Notes: generated from the letters alone by a model not told the origin. Numbered from the stretch's first letter, positions 22,401 to 33,383 are shown. The stretch is DNA of 64,000 nt from Andalucia godoyi And28 (GCA_009859145.1 VRVR01000006.1:1-64000); one strand, 5' to 3'. Numbers and translations are program-made.

Positions 22401-25337
22401 TACCGTGAAAGCGCCCTCGGGGGAAATGGACAGTTCAACGAATGCTGTAAGAGAACCTGCATTCCGGATCGGGAGGGTTCTTGACACAGATTCATCGATT
22501 CCTCCTGCAAAATGCAGCATCTGGCATGTCTTGGGCACCTGAAGACGCGTATATCCATACACACCGACCGTCGCAATTCGCTTTGTCATCTCCTCATTCT
22601 GAGGTGACATTCTCGAAATTCCAAATGTTGGAACGTATCGCGAAACAATGTCTGCTTCGTACACTCTTCGACCCTGAGAACGATCATAATCCTGAGGGCA
22701 AAATTTGACGGCAACGTTCGCCTTTCCACCTGCTGGGACCACTACGTTCTGCTCCAGAATCTGGAATGCAGCAACGTCTGCTTCAAATTTTGGTCTCTTC
22801 TCAAGACGAACATGAAGCTTGATTTCACAAGGTAGTGGATTAAAAAAGCTCAGCTGTTGAAGCGAGGATTCGTGCGTGTCCTCGATGCCGCCGAAATTCA
22901 AGACATCAGACGGAATCATCTCCCAGCTCGGAACAACGGACTTCGCCAGCAGTCGGACAGTCAAATAGGCATCTTCGCTCAGAACGCGCAGGCTGGCTCG
23001 TTCCTCGCCCGCCGACAATGCTGAATACGTGACCTCCACTTCAACAGTAGACGTTTCCGGAACCAAAACTTCCGGAGGGCAAGCAAAAGAACCATGCAGA
23101 AAACCCTCTGTCGGCTGATGGTCGAGACGCAGAGTGCACTTCAGTGGCCGTGGTCCCGAATTCACAAGGCTGACAAAAGAAGATCCAGAGGTGCCCACGA
23201 CAAGTTCACTCCACACGACGGAATCTGGGGCAGAAAGGAAAGCCTTGCGAGACACGGCACTATCGCTTCGAGACAGCGACTCGGATGCGTGTTCGGGGAA
23301 CATCATGTCACTGCGATCGGAGTCAGTGGCAGGGCCGCGTGATTGAGCACTGTCCGACCGCGCAGAAAGCTTAGAAGGACCCTTTCCTCTCGAAAGGACG
23401 GAAAACCGCAACGGAAACCGCAGAGCTTCGCCGAACTTCTTGTCGACGATTGCAAGTGCCGTTTCAACGTCAGTATGCGTGGATCCTTCGCGGACAGAGA
23501 CGGCAACCTTGAAGGATTCGTTGCCAGGAAGGCGGACGTGATTAGGGAAAACTTGGAAGACGTGTCGCTGAGACTCCGTGTGAAGATCCAGGTCGCGTGG
23601 CTCGGATCCAGTGTTAAACACGCGGAAAGATGCAGTATCCAAATCGCCGTTAACTTGCAAAGATGATGCCCACAAATCGGTCTGCAGAACGCGTGGAACC
23701 GCAAATCCGACTAAAAATACGTCCACTGGAATTCCCTGAATCTGACCGGTGGCATCAACAGGAACGAATTGGATGTGGCCCGTTACGGACAGCGAATTTT
23801 TTTCCGCATGCAGCGAATCTGCGGGAGGATGAAACCGCACTTGGACCACAGCATAGGATTGCGGAGGAAGAAGTAACTTGCCCCTGGAGGCGTCCCCCAA
23901 TATCTCGAACCACGGTTCTGACGACATCGAGATCTTCCCAGAGACAATTACAGGCACATGGCCTTCGTTAACAAGTCGCACGGTGTTGGTTGATTCTCGA
24001 CCCACCAACAAATAACCAAACTCTAGAGAATTCTCAGAGCATGAAATCATCCGGATGTCGGAAACCCTGCGCGCTTGAATGCTCACTTCCTGGCGGGAAA
24101 CACTCGCTGTTGCATCCACGTGGCTCTGTAATGAATTCAACTCTTCTTCTTCTTCATTCAGCCGGGCTTCATACTCGGCCTGGGCTTCATCATTTTCGCG
24201 CTTCCAGTCCTCCGCCAGTTTGCGAAGTTCTCTAACAGTCTCCACCCGAGCAGACTCCATATGAATGCTTGAAGAAGCCATGGAATTTTCCGAGTCGGAT
24301 TCGGATTCGGGCCCATCGTCATCTCCACCATGCCTGCCTGAGGATGCATCATGATGGTGGTCGTCGTCTTGAACACGGCTTTGCAAACTCTTCAATTCTC
24401 GCCGACGGAGCTCCTCTTGAATCATGTTTTCGACAATCTTCTTGTGTTTTTCAATGTCTTCTTGCTTCTTTCGTCTGATATCTTCCTGTATTTGTGCCTG
24501 CACGGACAATTGCCGCTGATGCTCCTCTTCAGCTTGCGCATTGAGTTCCTTCTCCAGGAGCTCCGCTTCTCTCATCAATCGAGCCTGCTCCTCGGCGTCC
24601 CTCAACGCCCGCTCTTCGTCAGCCTGCAGCATTCGGTCTTGTTTCACGGACTCAATGACGCTCTTCAAATCTCCGAAATCGTTGTCAAAAGCAGGATCGG
24701 CAGCCGGGTCTGTGCGATTTTCTCGCTCATGCGTCGCAAATGCAGGCTGTTGGCTGTGTGCACCAGCATACGAGCTGGAGAAGCCGTAAGCATCCGAAGC
24801 AGACAGTGACGGCACTCGATAGCCAGGATTCTCAAACTTCTCCCGCAGTCTTTCTCGAGTTGCAGCATCGAGTTCTGTTCTGTTCGGAGTGTATCCCAAA
24901 GGTGTTTGTGCTGGTAAGATGGCCCGCCCTGAATACCGAACCGGCGTTGACTCCGGCATGACCGACCTCGAGCCGAAGTACTCACCCGGCGATGTGATCA
25001 CATTTCCAGACTCGGAAACAAAACCAGATGCCAATGGAGACGCGCTACCCAGGTAAGAGCGCCCTGGAGAAAAGAAGTCCTGGGCCTCCCGCAATGCTGC
25101 ATTCGGATCTTCCTGAATTTGCAATGGAATTTGCAGTGCATGCTCCTCTTCGAATTCCTGTTCTTCGCGATCCAAAAGTGCAGCGCCATCATCGTCTCTC
25201 AAAAATTCGACATTTCGCGTCAGTGGGTTATCTGGAGAAGCAATCAGCGACGGATCATTGACATCAAAACCAACCTCGACGGGATGATCCGAATTGTCAA
25301 GAGCGGAAAGTCTTCGGAGTGCATCGCTGTAACTCAT
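19407..25337 (-). CDS. CEP192/Spd-2-like centrosomal protein with tandem ASH (Ig-like) domains
   Basis: 1976 aa with a disordered/coiled-coil N-terminus. Repeated ASH-type motifs (LEFGYLLVG...VRLVNEG, LNFGG...LSFFNP, VNFGG...LVVRNNG), VWGDELVRQRRR, and C-terminal VVFPMTEVG...KVSVCN. Confidence 0.8.
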   Translation of the reverse strand: MSYSDALRRLSALDNSDHPVEVGFDVNDPSLIASPDNPLTRNVEFLRDDDGAALLDREEQEFEEEHALQIPLQIQEDPNAALREAQDFFSPGRSYLGSASPLASGFVSESGNVITSPGEYFGSRSVMPESTPVRYSGRAILPAQTPLGYTPNRTELDAATRERLREKFENPGYRVPSLSASDAYGFSSSYAGAHSQQPAFATHERENRTDPAADPAFDNDFGDLKSVIESVKQDRMLQADEERALRDAEEQARLMREAELLEKELNAQAEEEHQRQLSVQAQIQEDIRRKKQEDIEKHKKIVENMIQEELRRRELKSLQSRVQDDDHHHDASSGRHGGDDDGPESESDSENSMASSSIHMESARVETVRELRKLAEDWKRENDEAQAEYEARLNEEEEELNSLQSHVDATASVSRQEVSIQARRVSDIRMISCSENSLEFGYLLVGRESTNTVRLVNEGHVPVIVSGKISMSSEPWFEILGDASRGKLLLPPQSYAVVQVRFHPPADSLHAEKNSLSVTGHIQFVPVDATGQIQGIPVDVFLVGFAVPRVLQTDLWASSLQVNGDLDTASFRVFNTGSEPRDLDLHTESQRHVFQVFPNHVRLPGNESFKVAVSVREGSTHTDVETALAIVDKKFGEALRFPLRFSVLSRGKGPSKLSARSDSAQSRGPATDSDRSDMMFPEHASESLSRSDSAVSRKAFLSAPDSVVWSELVVGTSGSSFVSLVNSGPRPLKCTLRLDHQPTEGFLHGSFACPPEVLVPETSTVEVEVTYSALSAGEERASLRVLSEDAYLTVRLLAKSVVPSWEMIPSDVLNFGGIEDTHESSLQQLSFFNPLPCEIKLHVRLEKRPKFEADVAAFQILEQNVVVPAGGKANVAVKFCPQDYDRSQGRRVYEADIVSRYVPTFGISRMSPQNEEMTKRIATVGVYGYTRLQVPKTCQMLHFAGGIDESVSRTLPIRNAGSLTAFVELSISPEGAFTVDQRSFSLAPNETKKIAVVFRAKEPGRSDAFLSLSCPGSQYRIPLAGHAEEVPLLVCDRPIVNFGGIPVDGFAESHLVVRNNGSDKCYLRVHLFDKDVEAIDALKKLERAAGFADDSAASGIPESARASESVFTLVKPRSTVIIDGKSEISLLLRFASRNVDQYRGCLILESAWGSQYKVPLIAYSGTSEVLMDHRAPSGVMQLSVIPEDAVQKRSFGLRNDGDRSAFVHVASIEAGTRFSCSPTSFVIPAKSSCDLTLEFKPLSGDSEEPRFRDFMYSVVLVWGDELVRQRRRLSKIQRLRLGDKPVFDEFDDTFLGSNAAEMPLIFEGEEYRFDDFFDEEVFMNSRKTYRFALVGSILPKQAYANLLSSQPFSKTPGVAPPAEAAVKAGAVSVGHAIGLSAASWMIAPAEIRLFRIFDAATVLLANPTSRPVDFSVETVPTVLEVKPSRGIVAPYSDVRLVVKAVGFSDKPQYVRVAAQDRAERICVVLGNSAKDPSPKSSPAKQSVSKQQTVAASIPERESAQQQETAKDVDRGLILNDVVAVNDNVVLSDLPLGSEQQIDLQLLNRSNTRESVFQIAHLQSPTNSDALFQIPAAYRDGRIRPGMSVYVPVHVFALIPGSHILKFKVNEAQTVSIFFSVVEPLGHDSSVLLGRPAVPETPLPLHANPAVHGVPRSDVPPTPTPVKQWLSTEGGSNAVVSAERDWRIEMKGSGSTAAMMSKNSSSNVLSSTARKSSLNGASQSHSTSSSNARASAAAASASASGDAFAAVEACSSKNRKGLYLREDVVVFPMTEVGVARMRKVSVCNGAMEPMKVIVQIPAPPFHVKHREFVVRPRSYVLLPIKFIPEKEGNVFRSMSVMTSDATATCSLTLYGDGWNSPLHLQDKPVYFFPSKSSTETVLLTNVSDHPVEWHASVDDARFSVCESGVLQPDSTYDLVVGVDLPRPETPTTESSSSLSLSRSETTEQRNAARTFSGTLRIKAGAHRHTLKLHVVTE

Positions 25338-26007
25338 TGATGGTACGGATCCTGCTGATGATGACGACGATGACGAAACCCTTGGAAGAAGAAAAAGACT
25401 GAATGTACAAGCGGCGGCACAGAGACGCGGAGAGGCAAAGAGAAAGAGTGGGGCACTACAAATGCGGAACTCGTAAGAAGATTACTTGCAAATGACGAGA
25501 GGAAGGATGGAATTGATTAAGATTCGCTTTTTGTTTTTTTGAAGAAAACAAAAACAAAAAAAAACAAAACGCAGCAAAATCGGTCCTGCGTGGCGTTTGC
25601 GAATGGCCAAAAACCAAAATGTTGCAGAATAGGGAAGGAAGAGCAGCCGCATTGTTCGTTAAAGGTCGACCGATGAGAAAGGGCGCCAAAGATCGAGGGG
25701 GAGATGCAGTGACAGGAGATCGGCGAATGTCAGTGCTTACATCCATGTCATGCTCTCTCTGTTTTTGCTCTCGCTGTTTTCTGGGGATGCTTGATGCTTT
25801 TCTATTTTTCCATTCCTGCTTGATCAGCATCAACTGGGTGTCTTTTTTTTTCCTTTTGGTATTTTCTTTTCCGGCTTTTTGTGTTTTCCAAAACCGTTGT
25901 TGGATTGGTTGTTTGCTGCTTGTTGTTTGCGCTCTCTCTTTTTTGACCCAGTCGAATGTGTATTGGTATTCGTTTTCATCCGCCGAGCACTATTTGAAGA
26001 GTAGCGA

Positions 26008-26874
26008 ATGACGACCGGTCAAAAGAATTTTGATAGATTTAAAGAAAAAGAAGACGACAGTATCGATGATGATTTCCCCGATTTTGACGACGAAGGAGTC
26101 GACTCGGTCAAAGTCCTGGAGGAGGAGGACTCGCAGCTTGCTGCGGCCACCCTTGACGATGCGCTCACTTCGAGCCGATTGCTGAGGAACGCGGAAGCAG
26201 CTCTTGTCATGTCGCAGCCCAAGGCCACTCACCTCCAATCGTCTCGAATGGCTGCTTCTCGACAAGGGGCCGAAACAGGAAGTCATGCGCATGGAAATTC
26301 TGTCCTGAAGGAACCAGCTATTATCAGTGATGCGCTGGCCGTTTCAACTCGAATACTGGAGCGGTTCGTGAAGAACGCAAGCAAGGAACTGATGAGCGCT
26401 TTCCAGCAATTGGAAGGACGAATGGACGACCTCCGAGAGTGGCAGGCATTTGACGAATCAGTCGAGTCAGCTTTGCAGAACCATGCTTCTGTCGTGGACT
26501 CAGTCCCCCAATCTTCGAGTATCGCAGAATCTTCGTCATCGAATCGAGAGGGAACCAAGGCCCGGGCTTCCAGTGAGTTTCTGCACAGGGACGGGCTGTT
26601 GGACCAGGAGCTTGATGCGTTAGATTCACAAGTTTCCTCTCTTTCTGACGCACTGCGCAGCGATTCGCTGACCACAGCAGATTTGGATAGCATTCTTCTT
26701 CTGTTCGCTATGCGTACCTCAACTACGACTCCCAAGATTATCGATGTTCGTCGTTCGTTTTCCGTTTGTGAATGCGTGTCAACTTGGCTTTTGTGTGCGT
26801 GGTTTGTGCTTTCATTGCTCGCGGTTTATGTTTCGATGATGGGACCACAGCAGCTTGCTCGAATAGTGCTGTAG
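26008..26874 (+). CDS. Hypothetical acidic protein with a C-terminal hydrophobic (tail-anchor-like) segment
   Basis: 288-aa ATG ORF with helical/coiled segments and terminal VSTWLLCAWFVLSLLAVYVSMM. Confidence 0.7.
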   Translation: MTTGQKNFDRFKEKEDDSIDDDFPDFDDEGVDSVKVLEEEDSQLAAATLDDALTSSRLLRNAEAALVMSQPKATHLQSSRMAASRQGAETGSHAHGNSVLKEPAIISDALAVSTRILERFVKNASKELMSAFQQLEGRMDDLREWQAFDESVESALQNHASVVDSVPQSSSIAESSSSNREGTKARASSEFLHRDGLLDQELDALDSQVSSLSDALRSDSLTTADLDSILLLFAMRTSTTTPKIIDVRRSFSVCECVSTWLLCAWFVLSLLAVYVSMMGPQQLARIVL

Positions 26875-26910
26875 CATTGCGTGTGTATCTTAATTTATCA
26901 TTGGCCTCCT

Positions 26911-27365
26911 CACCTGCGACACACTGCATCCATTCAAAATTGGCTCTAAAGGGCTACTATGTCATTGCTGCATGACGACAGTCGATTCTGCGAACATCAG
27001 TTGTCTAAGGCGGGGGCAAGTTCCCCCCCCTCCAGCACACACAATTGAACGTGTACACCGTGTTCTTCAAATAGATGTTGCGCGCTCCATTCTCAGTTTC
27101 GATCCATCACCGCTGCACCCGCTGGACATCGGAGCACTTTAGCGGTTCCATACTTCCTCGCCTTGTGCAGCAGTCGCCGGGCGGAATTGTAGAATCGCTG
27201 GTAAAAAAGAAGTGATAAGGATGCACAGCGTTTTCCGCACGCGGCCCCATTTCCGAAGCACCTGGCTTGAAACATCGTGCTTCTTTTCGGATCGCTCGCG
27301 CAAATCAGATCGAAAAGGCACCTCTGCGCCGGGATTTCAAGCATCTTGTCAAAGATGATGAAAAC
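26911..27365 (-). mobile_element. Internally deleted Fanzor2/TnpB-derived element; inverted copy of 44891-45345
   Basis: 26913-27365 reads as the exact reverse complement of 44891-45343 (453 bp). It carries QVLRKW, RLLHKARKYG and frameshifted DRNW-NGARNIYLKN. The right end is CAGTGTGTCGCAGGTG. Confidence 0.88.
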
Positions 27366-27755
27366 ATTCAAAAGTTGCCAGCGGTCCTCAAAATTCTTGC
27401 ATCTAAAAAAAAAAAACGACGCAACACACATCGAGCCCGCGGCCTCTTCTTGATCCTTCCTCGCGTTTCGCAAGCATTGTTCTCTTTTCTCTTACTATTC
27501 GTTTATTATTATTATTATTTTTTTTGTATTATTATTAATATTATTAAAAACAAACTTTATTCGGTTTTCGACTTCTGGTATTCGCCAGAACCGTTACTTC
27601 GTCGTTCGCGTTCTCATTCTTTTCTTTTCTTCGTTGTGTCGTAGATGTGCACTGGAAGCTGGGGGTAGTGTGCGGAAGTAGATCTCGCCTGTGATCCCCA
27701 TCCCTTTTCTGTGCTTTCTTATTTTCCTCTCTCTTTTTTCTTCCCCCTTCCTGCT

Positions 27756-28772
27756 CTAGTTCTTGGGCTTGGCATCCTCTTCGTTGTACATGCGGAAAGC
27801 GTTATCCACATCTTCTGCAGACCCGACGTAGATGGGCACGCGCTGATGCACGTGGTCCGGAAGGATGTCCAAAATACGCTCACGCCCAGTAATTGCCTTT
27901 CCTCCGGCCTGCTCGACAAGGAATGCCATGGGATTGCACTCGTACATCAAACGCAGTTTGCCCTTTGCATTCTTCTTGTCTGCCGGATACATGAAGATGC
28001 CGCCGTACAGCAGCGTTCGATGCAAATCTGCAACCATGGATCCAATGTAGCGCAGAGAGTATGGCTGGTGCTTCGGATCCGTCGGATTCTTGCACAGGTG
28101 GACAAGCTTGCGAGTCGGCTCGTTCCAATTGTGGCCGTTTCCTTCGTTCACAGAGTATATCTTGCCACGAGAAGGGATGCGAATGTTGGGATGCGTGAGC
28201 ACAAACTCTCCAATGTATGAGTCCAGGGTAAATCCCACCGTCCCATTTCCCAGCGAAAGAACAAGCAACGTGGCTGCAGAGTACATTGCATATCCGGCAG
28301 CAACGAGACTCTTTCCTGGTTGCAAGACATCCTCTTTCGTTCCGTGCTTTCCGTTTGACACTCGTCGGTAGATGCCAAAGATCGAGCCCACGGGAACAGC
28401 AGCATCAATGTTGGTCGAACCGTCAAGAGGATCAAAGCATATAACATAGTTTCCACAGCGAGATTCGTCCACCGGGATCATTTCAGCCGTCTCTTCCGAA
28501 ACCATTGCACAAACCTTTCCGGAATACGAACAAGCATTGACAAAGTACTCGTTCGAAAGGATATCGAGCTTCTTCACGTCTTCACCCTGAACGTTCTGCT
28601 CAACACCTGCAAGACCATACAAGTTGTCAATTCCTGCGCGACGAACAGCATTCGCGATCGACTTGCAGGCCGTCTGGATGGACGACAGCAGAAGAACCAG
28701 ATCTTGATCAGACTGAGGGAGAACGGACGTGCAATAGCGCACCAGCGTAATGGGATCCGTAGATGCAGACAT
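27756..28772 (-). CDS. FBP1: Fructose-1,6-bisphosphatase class I (cytosolic type)
   Basis: DVKKLDILSN, FDPLDGSTNID, VAAGYAMYS, YSVNEGN and RYIGSMVADLHRTLLYGGIF. Confidence 0.97.
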   Translation of the reverse strand: MSASTDPITLVRYCTSVLPQSDQDLVLLLSSIQTACKSIANAVRRAGIDNLYGLAGVEQNVQGEDVKKLDILSNEYFVNACSYSGKVCAMVSEETAEMIPVDESRCGNYVICFDPLDGSTNIDAAVPVGSIFGIYRRVSNGKHGTKEDVLQPGKSLVAAGYAMYSAATLLVLSLGNGTVGFTLDSYIGEFVLTHPNIRIPSRGKIYSVNEGNGHNWNEPTRKLVHLCKNPTDPKHQPYSLRYIGSMVADLHRTLLYGGIFMYPADKKNAKGKLRLMYECNPMAFLVEQAGGKAITGRERILDILPDHVHQRVPIYVGSAEDVDNAFRMYNEEDAKPKN

Positions 28773-29287
28773 TGGCGCCAGAATGTTTTAACGTTTTCCA
28801 GATCCACAACAAAATTATTTAAATGAATTAATTAATTGAATAAAAAAATTCATAACTAAAATACAATTAAATTCCATAAATAAAAAGAAAAACAAAAACA
28901 TGGAGAACGGAAACGTCAGAATCGTGTGGGGATTATTAGCTTGTGAAAATTCAGTTCGCGGGAGTGACCTGCAAGTTGCACTTGAATCCAGCAGACCGAT
29001 GGGTTTGAAAGCATCAAGTGATGCAGTGACATCTACAGTCCGGCCGATCAACAATGCTAGAAACAAAGAGGGAAAAACATGGTTCGAATCTTGGAAATGG
29101 ACTCGATGGAGGTGTTTTGCTGTGGAGCCTTTCATGGCGTTGTTTCCTTCCTTTCTTCGCTGACTTTACTTCTTCTTTCTGATCGCCTTCTTTCCTTGCT
29201 TTTTCCTCATTCTTGTTCCTTCTGGGCTTTTTTGACGCAATCTATTGCATCATAGGTTCTGGTTTCGTGTCAGGCACGGATATTAGG

Positions 29288-30592
29288 ATGCCACAGGACG
29301 TACTGCGCCGAAGAGACGCACAAGTGCAAGCGGCATTTCAGCAGGTGAAGTTCATCCAGATTGTTGCCCGGACTCCCCACGAGATTCTTGTGGTTCCGTT
29401 TTCAGTGGCCGGGATGCAGCAGCCTCTCAAGCTGTTTGTCGAGTGCAGAGGTCAGTTTCCTTATGATCCTCCCTTAATGTACGTTGATAAGCCCGTCCAA
29501 CATAGGATTATCGATCCGACAAACGGAACAAGAGTGGCATATCATGATGCGGTGCGGTCCTGGAATGCAAACATGAACCTTGGCGCAGCGATCATCAATG
29601 TCTTGCGCGACCTTTCGAATCCAGCACCTGTGCTCCTTTCTCAAAGCCAAAACGGCGCTATGCAACCTTTGCCCCACACAACGCCCGCATCCTCTCTTCT
29701 TCAGCATTCACAACAGCCTGTGCAGCCTGGGCCCCAAGGCATCGCTTCCGGTGGTTCGCAGCAGAATTTGGCTGCTGGCATGTATTATCCCATGCAGAAT
29801 GGCAACCAACAACAACTTCCCCAGCAGCAGCAGCAGTCGCATTCCATGTCCACGCCTCCGCCTCCATATACTGCTGCTGCGGCCGCGGCTGCACCTAACG
29901 GACTTCCAAGAGTGTCGTCATCACCAGGAATGGTGGGTGCCGGCAATGTGCCGTCCGTGTCTCCTGATCAGCAACGGCAACGCTCTGCATCGACTCCTGC
30001 AAAGACATTCTCGTTGACACTGCCCCCGAAGTTTACGGAAATCGATGAAAAAACGGATGCCGAGTTGGCTGTGCTTGCGCATGATGATGTGGAGCTCCAG
30101 ACATTTATCCAAACACTGCAGATCGTCAAGAATGCCGAGCGTGATCGCGATGAGTTGGAGGCCAAGGTTGCGCAACTTGCCACCAGCAATCTTGCTCTTG
30201 AAGAACCGTTGCTGTCCGGGAAGGAGAAACTCAAAACATTGATGGAAAAATCGGCACAGCTCGAACAGCGAGTCATTGCACAGCGAGCGGAAAAGGCGCG
30301 CCTCGAAAACAGATTCAGCCAATCTGCGCTGCTTGCGGTCCTGGCAAAGGCAACAAACGCGATCGAGAACGAGTCTGAAGATGTTGCAGACAAGATTGTG
30401 AGCGGGGAGTTGCCCACCAAGACTTTGGAAACCGACTTTCTCAAGATGCGTATGACATACCACTTGCGAAAACTGCGACTAGACAGTGCTAACCAGCGAG
30501 TGCAACAGCCGACAATGACAACAACACCAGCATCAACACCAGCGCAGTTCCAATCGCAGCAGCAGGCAGTTTCAAACGGGCAATGGAGGTAA
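29288..30592 (+). CDS. VPS37: ESCRT-I subunit VPS37 (UEV-like N-terminus, Mod(r) C-terminus)
   Basis: UEV-like QFPYDPPLMYV, a Q/P-rich linker, and Mod(r)-type LATSNLALEEPL...DFLKMRMTYHLRKLR. Likely start MPQDVL at 29288. Confidence 0.85.
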   Translation: MPQDVLRRRDAQVQAAFQQVKFIQIVARTPHEILVVPFSVAGMQQPLKLFVECRGQFPYDPPLMYVDKPVQHRIIDPTNGTRVAYHDAVRSWNANMNLGAAIINVLRDLSNPAPVLLSQSQNGAMQPLPHTTPASSLLQHSQQPVQPGPQGIASGGSQQNLAAGMYYPMQNGNQQQLPQQQQQSHSMSTPPPPYTAAAAAAAPNGLPRVSSSPGMVGAGNVPSVSPDQQRQRSASTPAKTFSLTLPPKFTEIDEKTDAELAVLAHDDVELQTFIQTLQIVKNAERDRDELEAKVAQLATSNLALEEPLLSGKEKLKTLMEKSAQLEQRVIAQRAEKARLENRFSQSALLAVLAKATNAIENESEDVADKIVSGELPTKTLETDFLKMRMTYHLRKLRLDSANQRVQQPTMTTTPASTPAQFQSQQQAVSNGQWR

Positions 30593-30893
30593 CTTGTTTT
30601 TATCTCGCTCGTTTCTGAATTGTTCAGCTCCATCGTTACATTTCCTTCCTCCCCCCTGCCGTTGCCACTCACTGCGATATGATGAAGCAATCTAAAGCGC
30701 ACATAAAAACAAAAACAAAAAAAAGCACTGCCACGCGCCACGCGCCATGCGCATGCGTTTGTCATCTTAACAGCTCCGTAACACGATGCCCGATTCGTTT
30801 CGCCCCATTTTGATCATGGAATCCTTATACACACACCGCCGCGTTGCATTCTCGCACAGCGACGCTCATTTCTTATTCTTATTGTCCATGCAA

Positions 30894-31041
30894 CGCAACA
30901 TCTATCTTAGGAACGTCTCTCATGCCGAGGGGCGTGTTGGGGCCCACCCCCTTCCCAATCATGCTATGCATGTTGTTGGGTTGCAACATTGACTATGGGT
31001 GATCAGCGATGATCATCCGTGGTTCGTGTGCTGTGTAGGGG
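30894..31041 (+). mobile_element. Fanzor2-derived right-end remnant (omegaRNA-like)
   Basis: RNIYLRN scrap at 30894, then GGCGTGTTGGGGCCCACCCC, the GTTGCAACATT linker shared with the 38.7 kb copy, a 14-bp GCGA-loop hairpin (30992-31023) and the end TTCGTGTGCTGTGTAGGGG. The left end is not defined. Confidence 0.8.
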
Positions 31042-31145
31042 CTGGCATTCTTGCTGAAATAATATGCGCACATTCGCATAGTAAAGTACAGGCATTGTTT
31101 TATTTTATTTTTTATTATTTTTATTTTGCATTGCTTGTGAACACA

Positions 31146-33383
31146 TCAGTCACAGCAGCAGTCGTCCGGCAGTGCCAGGACGGTAGCGAGGATTCGTCGG
31201 TAGGATATCTCCACCTTCTCTTTCAAAAGTGCATTTGAGCTCTCCACAGTCTTGCGATCGGGCCGGAAATAAATTTCAACAACGGACTGCATTTCGTCAT
31301 CGAACTGAATCACAAACTTCCGTTCAGTGAGGTCACACTCGACATGTCCAAAATACTCCATGAGAATCGAGTGAATCCGCCGAATAATTTCCATTTCCTG
31401 ATCCAATTTCGACACGTCCTGGGGAGCACCAAGCGTCTTGAACTGGCTCTGGATCGTAATGGCGGTCACAATGTCCGCAATTGTGTCGTGGACATCATTT
31501 CCAAGCCAGGACAGGATCGCAGTCACATCCTGATCCTCTGCCTTCAGCAGCGTCGCATTGTGTTGGGAAACAATCTTTGACTTGGGAGCCTCCGGGATAA
31601 TTTCTACCTTCAAAACGGAGTGCGGTCCGATTGTCAACGTCTTGATCACCTTACCGACACCCTTCACATCTCTCTCAGATTCGTCAACATGAACGTCACG
31701 GAAAAACGACTGGATGGTGTGCACAAACAAGGTCCAATGCGAGGACGGGAAGGGCACGCGAAGCGACTGCCGAAAACTGAAAGCTTTCAGATTCGAGTAT
31801 TCGGCAAGGTCCACTGCAGAAAGCACGAAATGTTGAAAATCTCGCTGAAGCAAGATTGCACCAAACGCCTTGTCTCCATCCTTCTTCAAGTCGGCTGCTA
31901 ATTGACCAACAATCTTGGCTCTCTTCTCTCCCGCGAACGTCAGTTCAATGGACTCGCAGTTGGCTGGAGTGTGAATCTTTGGCAAATACGTGGAAACACC
32001 ATCTTTCAACTCCTTTGAAAAAATGTCGTCTAATTCCTTCTTGAGCTTCTCCATCCTGTGGACATCTCCGTGGACCAGCACAATGTGAGCAGGCTTCGTA
32101 GCGCGCAGAAAATTCTGCGTCTGCTCAAAGTCGGAGTGCGCCGAGAACGACACGGTATCAATCGTCATTGCACGCTTCACTCGCAGTCCGTTCGCCTTGG
32201 TAACTTCTTGCGGACCCGTTAGCAGCTGTTTCGCCATCGTTCCGTCCGCAGCATAGCCCGGAAGAATGACGCCATTACGCGGATCTTCTACCCAGCGATC
32301 AAACAACTCGCGGGACAGACCAGACTGCAGCATACCTGGAGATGCAAGTACGACGCAGGGGCCAGAGTCATCGAGATCCTGCACCCCCCGCAACTCCTTG
32401 ATGTATTCAAATTCAAAAGGATTTCGAACTGCAAACTGCGATCGAATTTGATCGTTCATCATGTTGATATACGTCTTGTACACTTGCATGCACTTCCTGC
32501 TGAGGTTTGAGGAGTAGTAGATCGGAATGTCTCGCAGCTGCGGGTGTGTGGCCCAGTATTCTTCGAGAATGAGTAAGAGCTCCTGCGCTCGGCCAAGAGA
32601 AAACACAGGCATCAAACACTTCCCACCCCGTCTGCCAACAATGTTGTGAACCAAAGAACAGAACCGAGCCTCACGCTCCTCTCGCTTTTCGAGGACCTGA
32701 GTTCCATACGTGCTTTCCACAATAACCACATCTGGAGGAACGGAAGGTGTTTCCGCGCCCATCAAATGGCGATCGGCGTACCGCGAGAAATCACCCGTAT
32801 ACAGAATCCGGACTCCCGCGATATCGATCATGAACATTGCTGCACCAAGCACATGACCCGCATTGTAACACCAGAATTTGATTCCTTTGTGATCAAGCTG
32901 CTGATGGTAATCGACTACCTCGGCCATTTTGAAGCTCTTCTCAAGATCCTCGCTGTTGAACAGCGCCAGTTTATCCGATTTTTCATGGGCATGGTGCGTC
33001 ACTCGAATCGAATCCGCCATGACCAACTTGTAAATGGCCTTTGTGGGATGTGTCATGAAAATACGGCCTTGGAAGCGAGATTTTCTCGTCAGAACCGGAA
33101 GTGCGCCGCAGTGATCGAGGTGAAAATGCGTCACCAGAACCAAATCGACCTCTCCAATATCCACATTGTCAAAATACGGAAGCGATCCTTCACCAGTGTA
33201 ACCAGGATGAACACCGCAATCAAACATGACCGTCCGCTCCTTGTACTTCACAATCACACAGGACCGACCCACTTCTTGACCCGAGCCAAGAGGAGTGATC
33301 TGGACATGGTCTCCGTGACCATCGCTCACCAACACAGTTTCTGGGTCACGCTTGGGCGGCTGCACTGAAGGAGCCGTCGACAT
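31146..33383 (-). CDS. CPSF3: CPSF73/Ysh1 pre-mRNA 3'-end endonuclease (MBL/beta-CASP)
   Basis: THFHLDH, FMTHPTK, AGHVLGAAMF, YTGDFSR, PVFSLGRAQE, ASPGMLQSG and SFSAHSD. Likely start MSTAPS at 33383. Confidence 0.95.
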   Translation of the reverse strand: MSTAPSVQPPKRDPETVLVSDGHGDHVQITPLGSGQEVGRSCVIVKYKERTVMFDCGVHPGYTGEGSLPYFDNVDIGEVDLVLVTHFHLDHCGALPVLTRKSRFQGRIFMTHPTKAIYKLVMADSIRVTHHAHEKSDKLALFNSEDLEKSFKMAEVVDYHQQLDHKGIKFWCYNAGHVLGAAMFMIDIAGVRILYTGDFSRYADRHLMGAETPSVPPDVVIVESTYGTQVLEKREEREARFCSLVHNIVGRRGGKCLMPVFSLGRAQELLLILEEYWATHPQLRDIPIYYSSNLSRKCMQVYKTYINMMNDQIRSQFAVRNPFEFEYIKELRGVQDLDDSGPCVVLASPGMLQSGLSRELFDRWVEDPRNGVILPGYAADGTMAKQLLTGPQEVTKANGLRVKRAMTIDTVSFSAHSDFEQTQNFLRATKPAHIVLVHGDVHRMEKLKKELDDIFSKELKDGVSTYLPKIHTPANCESIELTFAGEKRAKIVGQLAADLKKDGDKAFGAILLQRDFQHFVLSAVDLAEYSNLKAFSFRQSLRVPFPSSHWTLFVHTIQSFFRDVHVDESERDVKGVGKVIKTLTIGPHSVLKVEIIPEAPKSKIVSQHNATLLKAEDQDVTAILSWLGNDVHDTIADIVTAITIQSQFKTLGAPQDVSKLDQEMEIIRRIHSILMEYFGHVECDLTERKFVIQFDDEMQSVVEIYFRPDRKTVESSNALLKEKVEISYRRILATVLALPDDCCCD